Positions 50,101 to 62,241 of a stretch of DNA of 64,000 bases are shown piece after piece. Position numbers and translations under genes: made by a program. The stretch comes from Ptychomitrium polyphyllum. Taxonomy: Eukaryota. The notes below the pieces were generated by a model, which was not told the origin of the DNA, did not search any database, and saw nothing but the letters and a program-made list of their open reading frames with translations. The stretch lies in NCBI GenBank assembly GCA_973851085.1, contig OZ316776.1, positions 9,052,001 to 9,116,000 of the forward strand, read 5' to 3'. The number at the start of each line of letters is the position of its first letter. Within the stretch, counting starts at the first letter, position 1.

Positions 50101-53100
50101 AACAAGAGCACATTAGACCTTAATAATAAGCATACAAGACTTCGAGACGTACAAGGCCTCCGTCATCTCTCTATAACCTAAGACGCTAAGTCCATATCCC
50201 CTGCATCAGCAAGTGTAGAAAGAGGAAACAATTCGAAAATAAGAATTATCTCTGCCTGAGTCATTGCATGTGTATGTGATCAATCTGGAGGCCAAATGTA
50301 TGTAACGACGAACGTTCTTATAAAGTATGTGGTCCAGGAAAAGCAAGCTAAATTAGTGGACAACACAACTTTGACATCTACAAACTTTCACTAATAAAAC
50401 GGAAGCTGACCATGTTCATCGTAAGAGTTCCCGTTTTGTCACTACAGATAGCCGTTGCAGAACCCATAGTCTCGCACGCCGACAAGTGCCTGACCTGAAC
50501 ATCATCCATACAATTTTCAGAATAGGAAATTGACCCTTGAGGAAAGACACAGGGCTACTTGGTTTCAGCAGAATACAGCTTTAGATCCCACAGATCCACG
50601 ATATAACTTACTAAGGCCCGGTCGTCCATCATCTTTGACATTGAGTATGCCAGCCTGTTCAGCAAGAGAGCAACATTAAAAGAGTCACACCCTAGCCTGT
50701 AAATCATGAGCTACGCATAGATGGTCTAGCAGCAACTTGAAGAAACAGAAAAGCCAATAGAACGGTAAAATAACTCAAGCAATGAACAAATACGAGATGG
50801 ATGCTGAATACTGTATTTGTCAAGATACTCACGTCAAAGTTACTGCAAGAGGCAGTCCTTCCGGCACAGCCACCACCACAATGGTCACCTGAGCTTACTC
50901 CACACTTCACTGCGTGAGTTCAGGAAAGTTGTGCTCTCCCTTACGTTAGAATTACAGAAATGCTTTCATGGAAAGATGATAATCTGGAAACTTTCTTTTA
51001 AAAAACATGCATAATATAGAAAAGCTGCACATGATTGTTCACATTTGTCAAGTGTGCTATAAACTTTGCATTGACTCCTTAAACTCCATACATTAGCATG
51101 CTTGCAAGGGACATAATGTGATCATCCAATGTCCAAGTCTAGCTTCTAACGTCCTTCCAATGACAATATTTTCAGGTACTAGTGCTATGTAAACAAAATT
51201 ATTATCTTCTACATTTAGCATGTGCAGTGGCTATTCTCTAACTAGGGCCAGAGAACAGGAGAAAGTATAAGAGGTTAGAAGAGCTGAGTACTGACTGCAA
51301 TTGCGAAATAGTCGACGATTGTTTTTCCATCAGCTCCACTGAAATGCTTGAAATCAACGGTCGCCAAGAACCTTCAAAAAATAACAGACCCAGTCTACTT
51401 AACGTGGCAACATCATGATCCAAATCTATTGATGTACTGATGAGGTAATCCGTCAGCGTAGAAATTCTGTAACATGAACTCGAAGAAATAAAACAGTGTT
51501 CTCACCGGCAGATGAGGACAATGAAAACGAGCACAGCAAAAAAAACGCCAATTTTGCCAATGGTTGTGGCAAGGCTATTAAGGCGCTCCTGCAAAAACTC
51601 CTCTTAAATGTAAGAAAAGGGCCTCCTGCAATGAGTAAGCATCATCACGTCTACAGAACATCCAAGTTATTTAACCAAACCAAACATGAATGACCTAAAA
51701 TAAGAACAGCATATTTAGACAGAAAATGTTGCCACGTTAAGTAGACTGGGTCTGTTATTTTTTGAAGTAGCGTAGCTGGAAGGGCCGAAGATAAATCACA
51801 AATCACAAATCACAAATCAACACTTCAGCAAATGAATTTTATTTTTAGAAAAGCACAAATCAGCACTTCAAAACCAAAGATAAAGACAAGAGCTGAACAT
51901 GAACAAAAAACAAGGTTTGTATTCATTGGTAATTTCTTTAATATGCAACGATATGCTGCATATAAGGACTGTAAAAAAGAAATCATTACCAACCTGCAGT
52001 GGGGTTTCCTCGTCATTATCCTCACTAATGGTCGCCATCAATTTCCCCCACTCCGTTGACATCCCCACGGCTGTTACCTGCACAGGTCCTACATGACTAT
52101 CGTCCTTGCTGAATGGTTCTCTTCCATTCAATTTCAAAAAGAAGCATATCATTAAACGAGAAACCTTTAGGTAATGTACTCTTGACTTCTTAACTCTATT
52201 CACGCAAGTTTCGCAAGTGCTCATCCATTAATTTCTTCAATATTACATAGAAATAGACAAGCAAAACATGAATTTGGTTGGTGGCAAGCATTTCTAGTGC
52301 AAGCACCATGATTTCACAGGAATTTATTCGATCAAAAAGAACACCAGAGGACCGCTGCATTAGCACAGAACAACGCAGAAGCTTAATCAAGAACAAACCA
52401 TCATATCCCCAAATCCATCTATAACTTTACACCCTGAAAGCATGAAGGGGTGCTCCACTTCATCCTTAGGCATCTGCACATACGCAGTAATCCTATTATT
52501 TTCTAAAAAGAGGTACGCATATACGTAGGTTACAAATTATGTATCAGCATAATTGACTCACTAACATAGTAGTCTGGAGTCTGGTTTAGTAATACAAGTA
52601 TCACTGAAGTCCACAATTATATTCCACCACATCAATACACAGAACAATGTGATTAAAGATTGAGTTGTATAGAGAGATACAAATTTCACGTATGAAAGCC
52701 TGTGGCACAGTACTAAAACTTTCATTCTCATTTTGTATACCTAAGTAATATATACATGATAATTGTTCAGAATTAAGCTTGCAATCTCTTTCTCTGTTGG
52801 TAATAGAGTGAATCAAGAAACAATTAAGAATAAGGAGATGAAGGGATATACAGACAGGGTCACTTTCGCCCGTCATACTCGACTCGTCTACAAGCATCGA
52901 ATGCCCTTCTATCAGCAGTCCATCTGCTGGAATCTGCACTCAAATGAAAATTACCACACAACCATGTCAACCATGTTTAAATGTTCGCAACTCCGTACCT
53001 ATTGACTTGAACAATATCATGCATCACATAATCTTTTAGTAAGTGAAGAGCACGTTTCTGTAATTGATTGTTTCACACTCATGTTCTGTTTACAAACTTC

Positions 53101-54967
53101 AACCGTCTGCACGTTTAAATCTAATATGACCAGCAATACCAACACAGAGTTGGATCGTATACCAAAGCAACAGGAAAATTCTTCATGGTCCATATAAATG
53201 TGAAAACATATCATCGGAAAGAAACTCACTTGATAATAATACTAATAATACTCACTTGATCACCAATATTGAGCTGCACAATATCACCCACTACGAGCTC
53301 AAAAATGGAGACTTTCATCCTTCTAGAGCCTCTTGTCACCTGTTCGCATGAATAAGTCAGCCAAGAAATGTCGAATATAGAACTCAAACTGGATCGAAAA
53401 TGTCCCGTTACAACCCAGAAAAATGACAGAGCTAACATGAGAATCCACGCAAATCCCTTAAGAACCCATAGATTATCGGTTTCTGAGGGAGCCCCTACAT
53501 TGATGAGGATCTTCCGCTTCTGATCACTGAGCTGCTGAAACTGTTGAGCCTGCTGGTAGTCACTGATAGCTGCATTTTAAAACACAACCATGCGCAACAA
53601 TATCAGACGAGTTTGTTTCAGAAGCAAGATTTTGTTTCTCAACCCCTATTATTTTTCTTATTCAGCTCGACTTGTGTAAAAGCATACAGAAGCTGTTCAG
53701 GACTTAACATGCAACCATAACAACCAGGATGACGGCAAAGCTTATACCACCTCCATCGTACCACCCAACACTAGAACCCTGCACCCAACATCTTTCGGAA
53801 TTTAGCAGCAAACAAAATGAATTCACCATACATAGATCATGAATATTGTAAACGATTATGTAGCGTCATAATGTAATTGCTGAGCTGACTCCTAATGTGT
53901 AGCTAAAACTGTGAAAGGAATCAAAGAAGAATTAAATGGGAAATTTCTGTAGCCATGTGATGGAATACCTCTCCGACTCAACAATCGTACAATTGTTTCT
54001 TGAAAGTGGACATACCTCAGTGGTCATGCCCACAACCAGAGATACAATGGCGCAACATATCAATATCATCAATGTCTCGTCTTGAATCGCTTCCCATACA
54101 TACGCCTACACAGATATCATGAGTGTTCTACAAATCATAACTCTTATTATTCAGTAAAGTACAGGGCAATGTTCGGTGATCATTTACCCTCGTGTACAAA
54201 ATTACTGAGCTCTCTTTGTACTGTTAAATATCTCATTAAAGGGCATGTCTGAAAGTGTTCAGAAAATTTACAAGAAATATTTTAGGTTTCTTGACTGGAT
54301 ATGTGTTTGGCCCAAATGCATCTGTCCGCAAGGAGATGTCAGCAGGAGTGCCTTCAATCCCTTTGGCTGGATCAACTCTCAAGCAAACAGCAACACCTTT
54401 AATACCTCCGTAGGCTTTCAGCGACTCAGGGTTTGCCTCAAATCTGGCTATTTCTTCGGGTGAGATTGTGAACCCTGCCAAACTCCAGGGTGGCACCCCG
54501 CGCTCTGTAAAAAATTGCAGTAAACACTGACAGTCAATAACAGTTCAACATGACGAGCCAAATAATATCCTAAACTTTTATAAGCGCAGTTATGCGCTGA
54601 AAAGTCAAAGATGTTTTGTTGTTGCCCTAAACTGTATCAAACAATTGAACGTATTCAAGAACGCATCACAGGTACCTTCTACTCCGGGTTTCTTCTTTTT
54701 CGCTCCGGGCACTTTAGCATCAGGATGTTTAGGCTTCTTTGCGTCCTTTCCGGAATCCTTTCTAGAATCCTTTTTAGTGTCCTTCTTAGTGTCCTTCGAG
54801 GGATCAACTGCATTCTGCGAAACAGGCTTCTGCGGAGCACCTGTCTGCCCAGAGAGCTGGACATTTTGCTGAAGAGCACTGTGTGCGCGAACGTCAGGTC
54901 CCTGCTGTGAAGGATCTCTCTTCGCATGGGGCTTGTAAACGGGGCCCTCTGCCCTCTGCAGTGGCAT
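44105..54967 (-). CDS. ACA: P2B-type Ca2+-transporting ATPase (ACA family), about 30 exons; last exons uncertain
   Basis: [35 protein letters not shown], phosphorylation site CSDKTGTLT (~50420-50450), [74 protein letters not shown]. Confidence 0.93.
51372..51767. repeat. Perfect 42-bp inverted repeat (51372-51413 / 51726-51767) in two consecutive introns of the Ca2+-ATPase gene
   Basis: cttcaaaaaataacagacccagtctacttaacgtggcaacat and its exact reverse complement. Confidence 0.93.
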
Positions 54968-56762
54968 GATGATATTTTTCTACAGGTTGAGTTACCTGTT
55001 TCCCAAATGCCAGAAGAGCATCGTGACGAGTTCCATTTGTTAAAAAGCTAAATAGACAAATACTTGGAGAACAGATCACTATCACTAACCTCATAATTCC
55101 AACGTGTATTTTCCACACAACACTTCGGTTCCTTCAAATTGTAATCTGCAATTTGCACTCACGTGCCGGGTTGTGCGCCTTACCATGAACAATCGCCACC
55201 AAACATCAGCGTAGCGAACGCTAATTGATGAGTGGCATACTCCTTCGCATACCTGATATAGCCTTTATTGCCCCTTCAAGTGATCAAACGTAGCACGGGT
55301 GCAGCTACTCCAAATCTGGCGACTGGCTTGGTCATCCTGCAAGCTTCTCCACTCTCAGGAAAGTAAACCACTCAAATCCCTCTTCCACTTGGACTAGAGA
55401 TCTATGCCCTGGCCAGTCCAAACCCCTCGTTGCAACTCTGTCAAAAACCCAGAGGTCCTCCATGGTGCCTACCAGTTAGCTTATTCCATGAGTTCCGCGT
55501 CGGTCCGTTGCTCAAGTCACAGGCATGATGTCCAAGCTGGTGAAACTGCGAACCCTGCCTAAACACCAGGATTCCGAATGTCTTCCGCAAAGTAGAGGGA
55601 AAGTAGGGCTATGAAAAAATAGTTTGAGGCTGATGAAGAAAGGGCCAAGAAGGGCAGGGGCAAAAGGAAATGGAAGGCAGGAAGCGTTGCATGTGGCAAT
55701 ACGCATTGCGAGTGCATGAAGAGAAAGAGGAGCTGCTACGAAGTTCCTGGTTGTTTGGACTTCCAGCATTAACCGCCTCGCCTTGGCACATGTTCATGTG
55801 AAGCCAACCGACGCGAAGCAAAGCGTCTACTCACTCTGAATACACGTATACCAATGTACGACGACTGTAACTTATACCCGTATACTGTTTCGAAAAGGGA
55901 CTCCCACAGCTGACGTCCTCATTTGCACTTCATCGTGCCTCCATAATTAGGTCATGTAATCGCTCAGGAACCAAGTATTGAAACATTCGAACTCGTGATG
56001 CGACTAACAGGCCGTCGCGCTCATTTGAGCATTTGGCACTCACAACCATCTAGTAGCACTGCAGCCAGTACCTCGTCATAAAGTCATCGTATTATAATCC
56101 AATCATCAAAAAGATGTCCATAGCGAATAAATCCCTCGACCACCACAACCCTAATTATTCTGAGGACAATAGAAACAAAACTTTAGAAGAATTGATTACG
56201 ATCCACTAGACAATGGTGTTCTCAATATGATCAGGTAGAACCCAGCAACAATCACTACACAAAATTGCAAAGGCCCTTCAGTAGCAATTGAATGCACGTA
56301 TTATGCTATCAAAAATTCAAGGAACAACGACAATGAATCGTTCTGGTCAAGAGTTGGGCAGAGGTTCTACCAAAATGTAGTGTTTGAACTCATCAATACT
56401 CCAGCAGGGTCCCGCGGGAAATTCATAAACTCAGAAGTACAACAATCCACAGCCACTGGCTGCAATTTGAACTGCAATAGCTTGCTCGATTACAGCAACT
56501 ACGTTCCGGATTTGGATGGAAATGACCAATTTGAACCAAGTTATCCTGTCACACGCTTCGTATCCCGTAAGAGAAGCCTTTGTGAACTATTTCTGGACCA
56601 CTCCAGCACTACATGATCGTGCAAAACTCGATAGTGCGCAAGGACAGACAGCAGATTGAAAAAATTGAATACTCCAATCAAGCTTTCCAATTTGAGATAG
56701 ATACTGGTGCAAAAAGAAAGTGCTTGAGGTGGAGAGCACTCGAAGCCACTAGACATAAGCGC

Positions 56763-58113
56763 CTACTGTGCCGGTAATGCAATCATGCCAGCACTTCTCG
56801 CATAAGCAAAGATGCCACCAGCATCGATGACTAGTCCCGCCTCACCGATAGGCTTCAAGGTGTATTGCTTCCCAGTGGTATGATTTATCAACTCGTCCTT
56901 TTCCATGTCCAGGGTTACATAATCACCAGTGTTGTTCTCCTCCCAGATTTTTCCCTGCGTTTCAACTGGATACAGCTCTCCTGTAGATACTGAATTCCGG
57001 AAGAAAATTCTTGCATAGGTCTCAGCCACCACAGCACGTGCACCAGCAGCACCTAAGACTACTGGGGCATGCTCCCTGCAAATTTAAACAAAATACAATA
57101 AGACCTTAAAACTATGACTTCAAGTGCTACCGGCCATAGAAAACTCAGAGAAATAACTTCCACTACGATAACGAGAAAACATGCACTTGGTTAAAATCGA
57201 AAATATATGACAATGCCATTAACAAAGCCTCTACCCTCGCGTTTCTGAAAAATAATTTGCTGAGTTTCTCAAACCTGATGGACATAATTGTCATAGAAAC
57301 AGTTGAGTACTTCTGAACACACCTGCATAAAACCTTACATAAAGAAGACCACGAATTACGCAAGAGATACTGGAGAAAACAAAATGCCTCTCCAACCACC
57401 GTCATAAATTGTTCTGGATCTCAACCCTCGACAATTTCTCCAGAAACTGATAACAGTAATTAAACATAAAAAGAGGAGCTGAACCCCGAACCAAATATCC
57501 AAGCCGTACACAACCCTACAATTCAATCAAGTCAAGAGTAAAACCATGACAACGTTCAGAATGCGCGTCACAGCTCCGAACAAAAGAATCTCAAAACACT
57601 AAGACGATTCGAGTGAATGAATAGCACAGTACCTGGAGGATCCACACCCGAAATTGTCACCACCGATAATGACCCTATACTCTGTCTTCGTCTTCCCTTC
57701 TTCGATGAATCTCCCCTACTGCGCAGGGAGGCCGATCATGGCGTAGCTTCCCAACTTCTCATACTCGTCGGGTTTCGAAGGCACCAGAGTAAGAAACTCC
57801 GCGGGAATGATCTGGCCCGTGTCAATGTTGTCCGCACAACAAAGCAGCGCCCGTGAATCACCCGGCACCCGCGAGATGCAGACTCTCCCTTGGCCAGAAC
57901 GCGGGCCTCATTCGCCAGGGCCCGCGTCCCGCCACCGGCAACAACAGCCTTCCGAACCTGCCTCCACTGCGGTCGTGGTCGAAACCCTCGGTTCGAATCC
58001 CAGACGGCACTCCTGCTTGAGAAACATGGTACCAAAATGCAGCGACAGGCCCTGGAGCCAGAGTTGGTGGTGGAGCTCGCGGGCAGGCGCAAGGCAAGCC
58101 CGGCCGCAGCCAT
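56763..58113 (-). pseudogene. leuD: 3-isopropylmalate dehydratase (IPMI) small subunit, plastid-type, disrupted
   Basis: Transit peptide, then IHGRCFVV, a 1-nt frameshift (~57834), DNIDTGQIIPAEFLTLVPSKPDEYEKLGSYA, an in-frame TAG (57716-57718), NFGCGSSR|EHAP...YARIFFRN...IDAGGIFAYAR. Confidence 0.85.
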
Positions 58114-60002
58114 GGGAGGGCCGAGGCACGAGGGAACCCTAATAAAGTGGAGCAGCAACGACGACGAGATCAAGAGTCGCAAAGAAAGAAACAAGCAAGC
58201 AAGCAACAGTCCCATGAATGTGAAACAGCAACAGCAACAGCAACACCACGCTGCAATCGCACCTCCTTCGCCGTGCCTGGCCTTGCCTGGCCCAACGGCC
58301 CTGTGTTGCATGCCCCTAGAACCCCGGCCCCCCATCACCGTGGGACCATACCCGACCTCCGTGGCCGTGGAACTCTATTACCATTCTAAACCAGCATTCG
58401 CAGGAACAACCCCACTAAGCCCGGTATTTGTCCATGTCTGCTTGAACACGGGTGTCATTCCTCTTTTTTGCCAAGCAGCTTTTCTTTTATTCCTTTCTTT
58501 TTTCTTTTTTCCTTTTTTGTTTTTCTTTTTAAATAAAAAATTCCACACTAATAAAAATAAGCTTCTTTTTAATCTTGAGAAAGAAGGTTAAATTTGTAGA
58601 GCATACACTCATTACTTTCATTGGAACTGAATTTTGAACATAATAATTCTTTTATTCCTATTAGTCGCACTTGTAATGATTTTTTTTATTTCCATCAATT
58701 CACTCAGTAGTGCTACCCACATAATTCAATTGATAAGAACCATTGATTGTTTTTTTATATTTAAGTTTTAAGCAATATACACTTTTTGTCACCTTTTATT
58801 CTATTTTTAAATAAAAATGGTAATGTTTAGCGGCAATATTAAGGTCAAGGTGCCTTTTGAATTTTTATGCAAGTAATTATTATTAGAATGAAAATGTTAC
58901 ATCTATGATGTTTGAATACTTTAAAGACTATAGATGTTCTATGCATGTTGGATTATTGTTTAACAGAAGCTTTAAATTTATGCATTTTATTTATTGAATC
59001 GCCTTATTGGCAAATGCAATCATTTTGTACTTTGAGTCAATTTTTTGTTAGGCTTAGTAGCCAACTTCAATATTTTGCAAGTTTGTAGTATTTTGTTATT
59101 CTTTCAACAAAGCATATATATATTCATACATACATACACATATGTGAATTTGGATGCATTTAATGCATTGTAACTATTTCTTAGTATATAGGATATGTAG
59201 TTTTGATTGTAAAACCTACTACCATATAAACAATGTTGACTTTGATACTATTAGTCAATCCATAACGATTAATAAACATGTGAAATAAAACAAATTGTTG
59301 ATTATGCTATCATTGTAGCATTTGTATTCTAGATGTACTTGTATATGATATAGAATATGTGTTTATACTTTTTTCTGTTTGTGAAGGTTGTGAATATGCC
59401 AATTTTTTTTGTTAAAAAGAAAGATCTTTATGTGGAAAAAAAAAATATTCATATACCATATTAAATTTTACACATTTAATACAATACTCAACATAAGTCA
59501 AAGTACATATTTGATTGTATATACCTTTACAATGGAAATCAAAGCATTTGAATTTTTGAAACCTCGATAAATCATAATTTTTTCATGTATTTAGATGTTA
59601 AAGCTTCAAAGTCCTCTATAGTCTTCAAGAATAATATATTTATCATTCACTTTTTCTAAAACCAAATATTACATTGTTTCATTTTGAAATTTTAACTTTT
59701 ACATGATCACTAAATTAGGAACCATGAAAAGTGCTGTACATTATCTAAGTCATTTCAATTGATTTGTTCAACTGTGTGAATTTTGTGATAATGATAATTG
59801 TAAATGATTGATTCAATAAGCATCATCATTGTCATCAGCATATAAATCATATATTTTTTTTAAAAATTTAAAAAGTCATACGACATTCTATGCGTTTGTA
59901 TACATTCATCTCAAATAAGCTCAAGATCATGAACAAAAGGAAGTTTGGTAAAGTCAGAAGGAAAACCTACATTGAACTTAGAACACATGAGAAATAATAA
60001 AT

Positions 60003-60878
60003 CTATGCTTCTTCAGAGTCTTCAGCAGGAGCTTCGTTGTCTCCAGGTGGTGGAGATTCTCCTGGTCCTAGTACCGACAAAGCTTCTTCTAATTTTACAA
60101 CAGCGTTGTCTAATATTGATGGATTTGCCCTGAAACAAAACAAAGAGAATAAGAAAAAGAAAAAAGAAAAAAGGCCACAGTAGTTGGTTTCTGTACATGA
60201 GTATCACAATGATAAACTACATACTAACCATGTCACAGAAATCATGGAAGCAAATAGACAGATTGATGTAAATACTGACGCACGGCGGTGGACTTTTTTG
60301 TACAACGACAGAATGGAACCCATCTCCCCGTTTTTGTTTTGTTTGCTAAGCTTGGAATGAATCAAAGGTTATGGCAAACCTGACAAGTCCTGCAAGATCT
60401 GAATGCAGTTTGTTAAACTTCTCAAATGGGTCTATTTCTTCTGCAGGCAAGCCCAAAGCTGCCCTTCTGGCTGCTTCTGCAGCAGCTTTTTCTTCAGCAC
60501 GTTCTTTTTCAATAGACAAAACTCGGTTGGAAAGAAAGTTTAGTTTGTCATTGAACTCCCTCTTTACTGCTTCATTTCCATCTATCATGGTTTGGTGGAC
60601 AACAGCTATATCACCCTGGTTTATGATACGTGACAATTTATGGAAATGCAAGTGGTTGGTATATAGTCAGGATTTACTGTATTCTTTAGTTTTGAATAGA
60701 AGTGTGCTTGGAAACTTACCTCAATTTTTGTTAACATTGAAAATATGAGGTCGAATTTTCCTGCAACATATTTGCCTTGTTCAGCCAATTTTATTTGGAC
60801 TTCGGATGGAGGTTTGGGCGCTGGTTCTTCTTTTTTTTCTGCTCCTTCACTCTCAATATCTTCTTCGGAATCAGACAT
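60003..60878 (-). CDS. Uncharacterised 173-aa acidic, coiled-coil-like protein (exons 60878-60720, 60615-60380, 60129-60003)
   Basis: Three exons join in frame through GT-AG introns: MSDSEEDIESEG...LTKIE|GDIAVVH...AGLVR|ANPSILDNAVVKLEEALSVLGPGESPPPGDNEAPAEDSEEA*. No family recognised. Confidence 0.7.
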
Positions 60879-62215
60879 TTCTAGACTTAAATAACGTTTT
60901 ACTACAAAATATTATACAAGCAAATTCTTACTCACAATTACATGTGCATAAACACAAAATTTTAGATTGCATTTTCTTCACAGAATTATTTGTCATCATG
61001 ACATGTTCACAATTTTGAGAATGACTGTTTAATCCAATCCTATTTTAGTAGCTATTTTTATTCAAATGGTACTAAGCTATTCAATTACAACGTCTTTTGC
61101 AGTTTGAGTTATTCCATTATGCAATGTTAAATCTTTGACCTCGTCTTTGACCTAACAATCTTTTAAAATGTATTGAGATAATTCATTTTGTTTGTTTATT
61201 CTCCTTGATTATTTAATTTGTAAATCCTTTTCAAGTTTATTCTTTAATGAGAAAGTGTGATTCAACTATTCTACACAAGTACAATAAGTCTTCTTGTGTT
61301 ATTTTTTAAACTTAAATAAATAAAATATTATATTTTAATTCATTTGTTTACACAATGTATTCATGATCATGACCGACATATGTAGATTATGTTTAAATGA
61401 TTTATCAAATATATTTGATACTTTAGTAAAATTCATATGTTGTACATTATTTCACAAACATGCTTTTACATATCAAATGAAAAATACCTTACATTAATTT
61501 TTTAATATACAATTATATCAAACAAAATTTTAATGTCATAATTATATTATGGTGTGGCCTATTGGTTACTATAGACCATTAGCACCTACAATACCAATGA
61601 TTATTATGATTTGTAAATTAAAGCAAACAAAAAGTATATCTTATAAAATTTTGATGTCAAATAATCAATTCTTTGAAAACTATGCCACATGCACTTTTCA
61701 ATTGGTTTGGATCATTTAAAAAGAATAAAGCATTGTTATAATAAACTATTATTTTGGTACTAAAGTGCTAAATTTATCCTTTATTATAATGATATAATCA
61801 TGTTACATAAAAATCATCAAATATGAATCTTCAAAATGTTTCAAATTTTGTAGATTTATTGTGTAGGTTGTTTTGAAGTTTCAATTTGACTTGTGGTGTT
61901 AAAAAGGTAAATTTAGAGTATAAGCCTATATAAATATATAAACAAAAATGTATAAGTATAATTCCAAAAATAAAGTTATAATATAGATGAATTCAATTCC
62001 AATATATATTGTAAAAAAAATATTGATTAAACTTTGGAAAGATGCATGGAGAATGTTTGAATTGGTTTATAGATGTTGTATTTTGAAAACACAATGATGA
62101 TTAATTTAACTTATCTTAAAAGTTAATTTTGATTAGGTGTATACATGATTTTCTTTATAAATGGTTGTAAAAAATAAAAACAAGTAAACTAGAAAACACC
62201 ATTTCAAATTTTATG

Positions 62216-62241
62216 TATATATATATATATATATATATATA
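62216..62241. repeat. (AT)n microsatellite
   Basis: Read directly from the sequence. Confidence 0.9.

Noticed and set aside
57736..58591. 200-aa and 233-aa ORFs with poly-C or poly-Q
   Set aside because: They derive from the IPMI pseudogene frameshift, its antisense strand and a short (CAA/CAG) repeat upstream.
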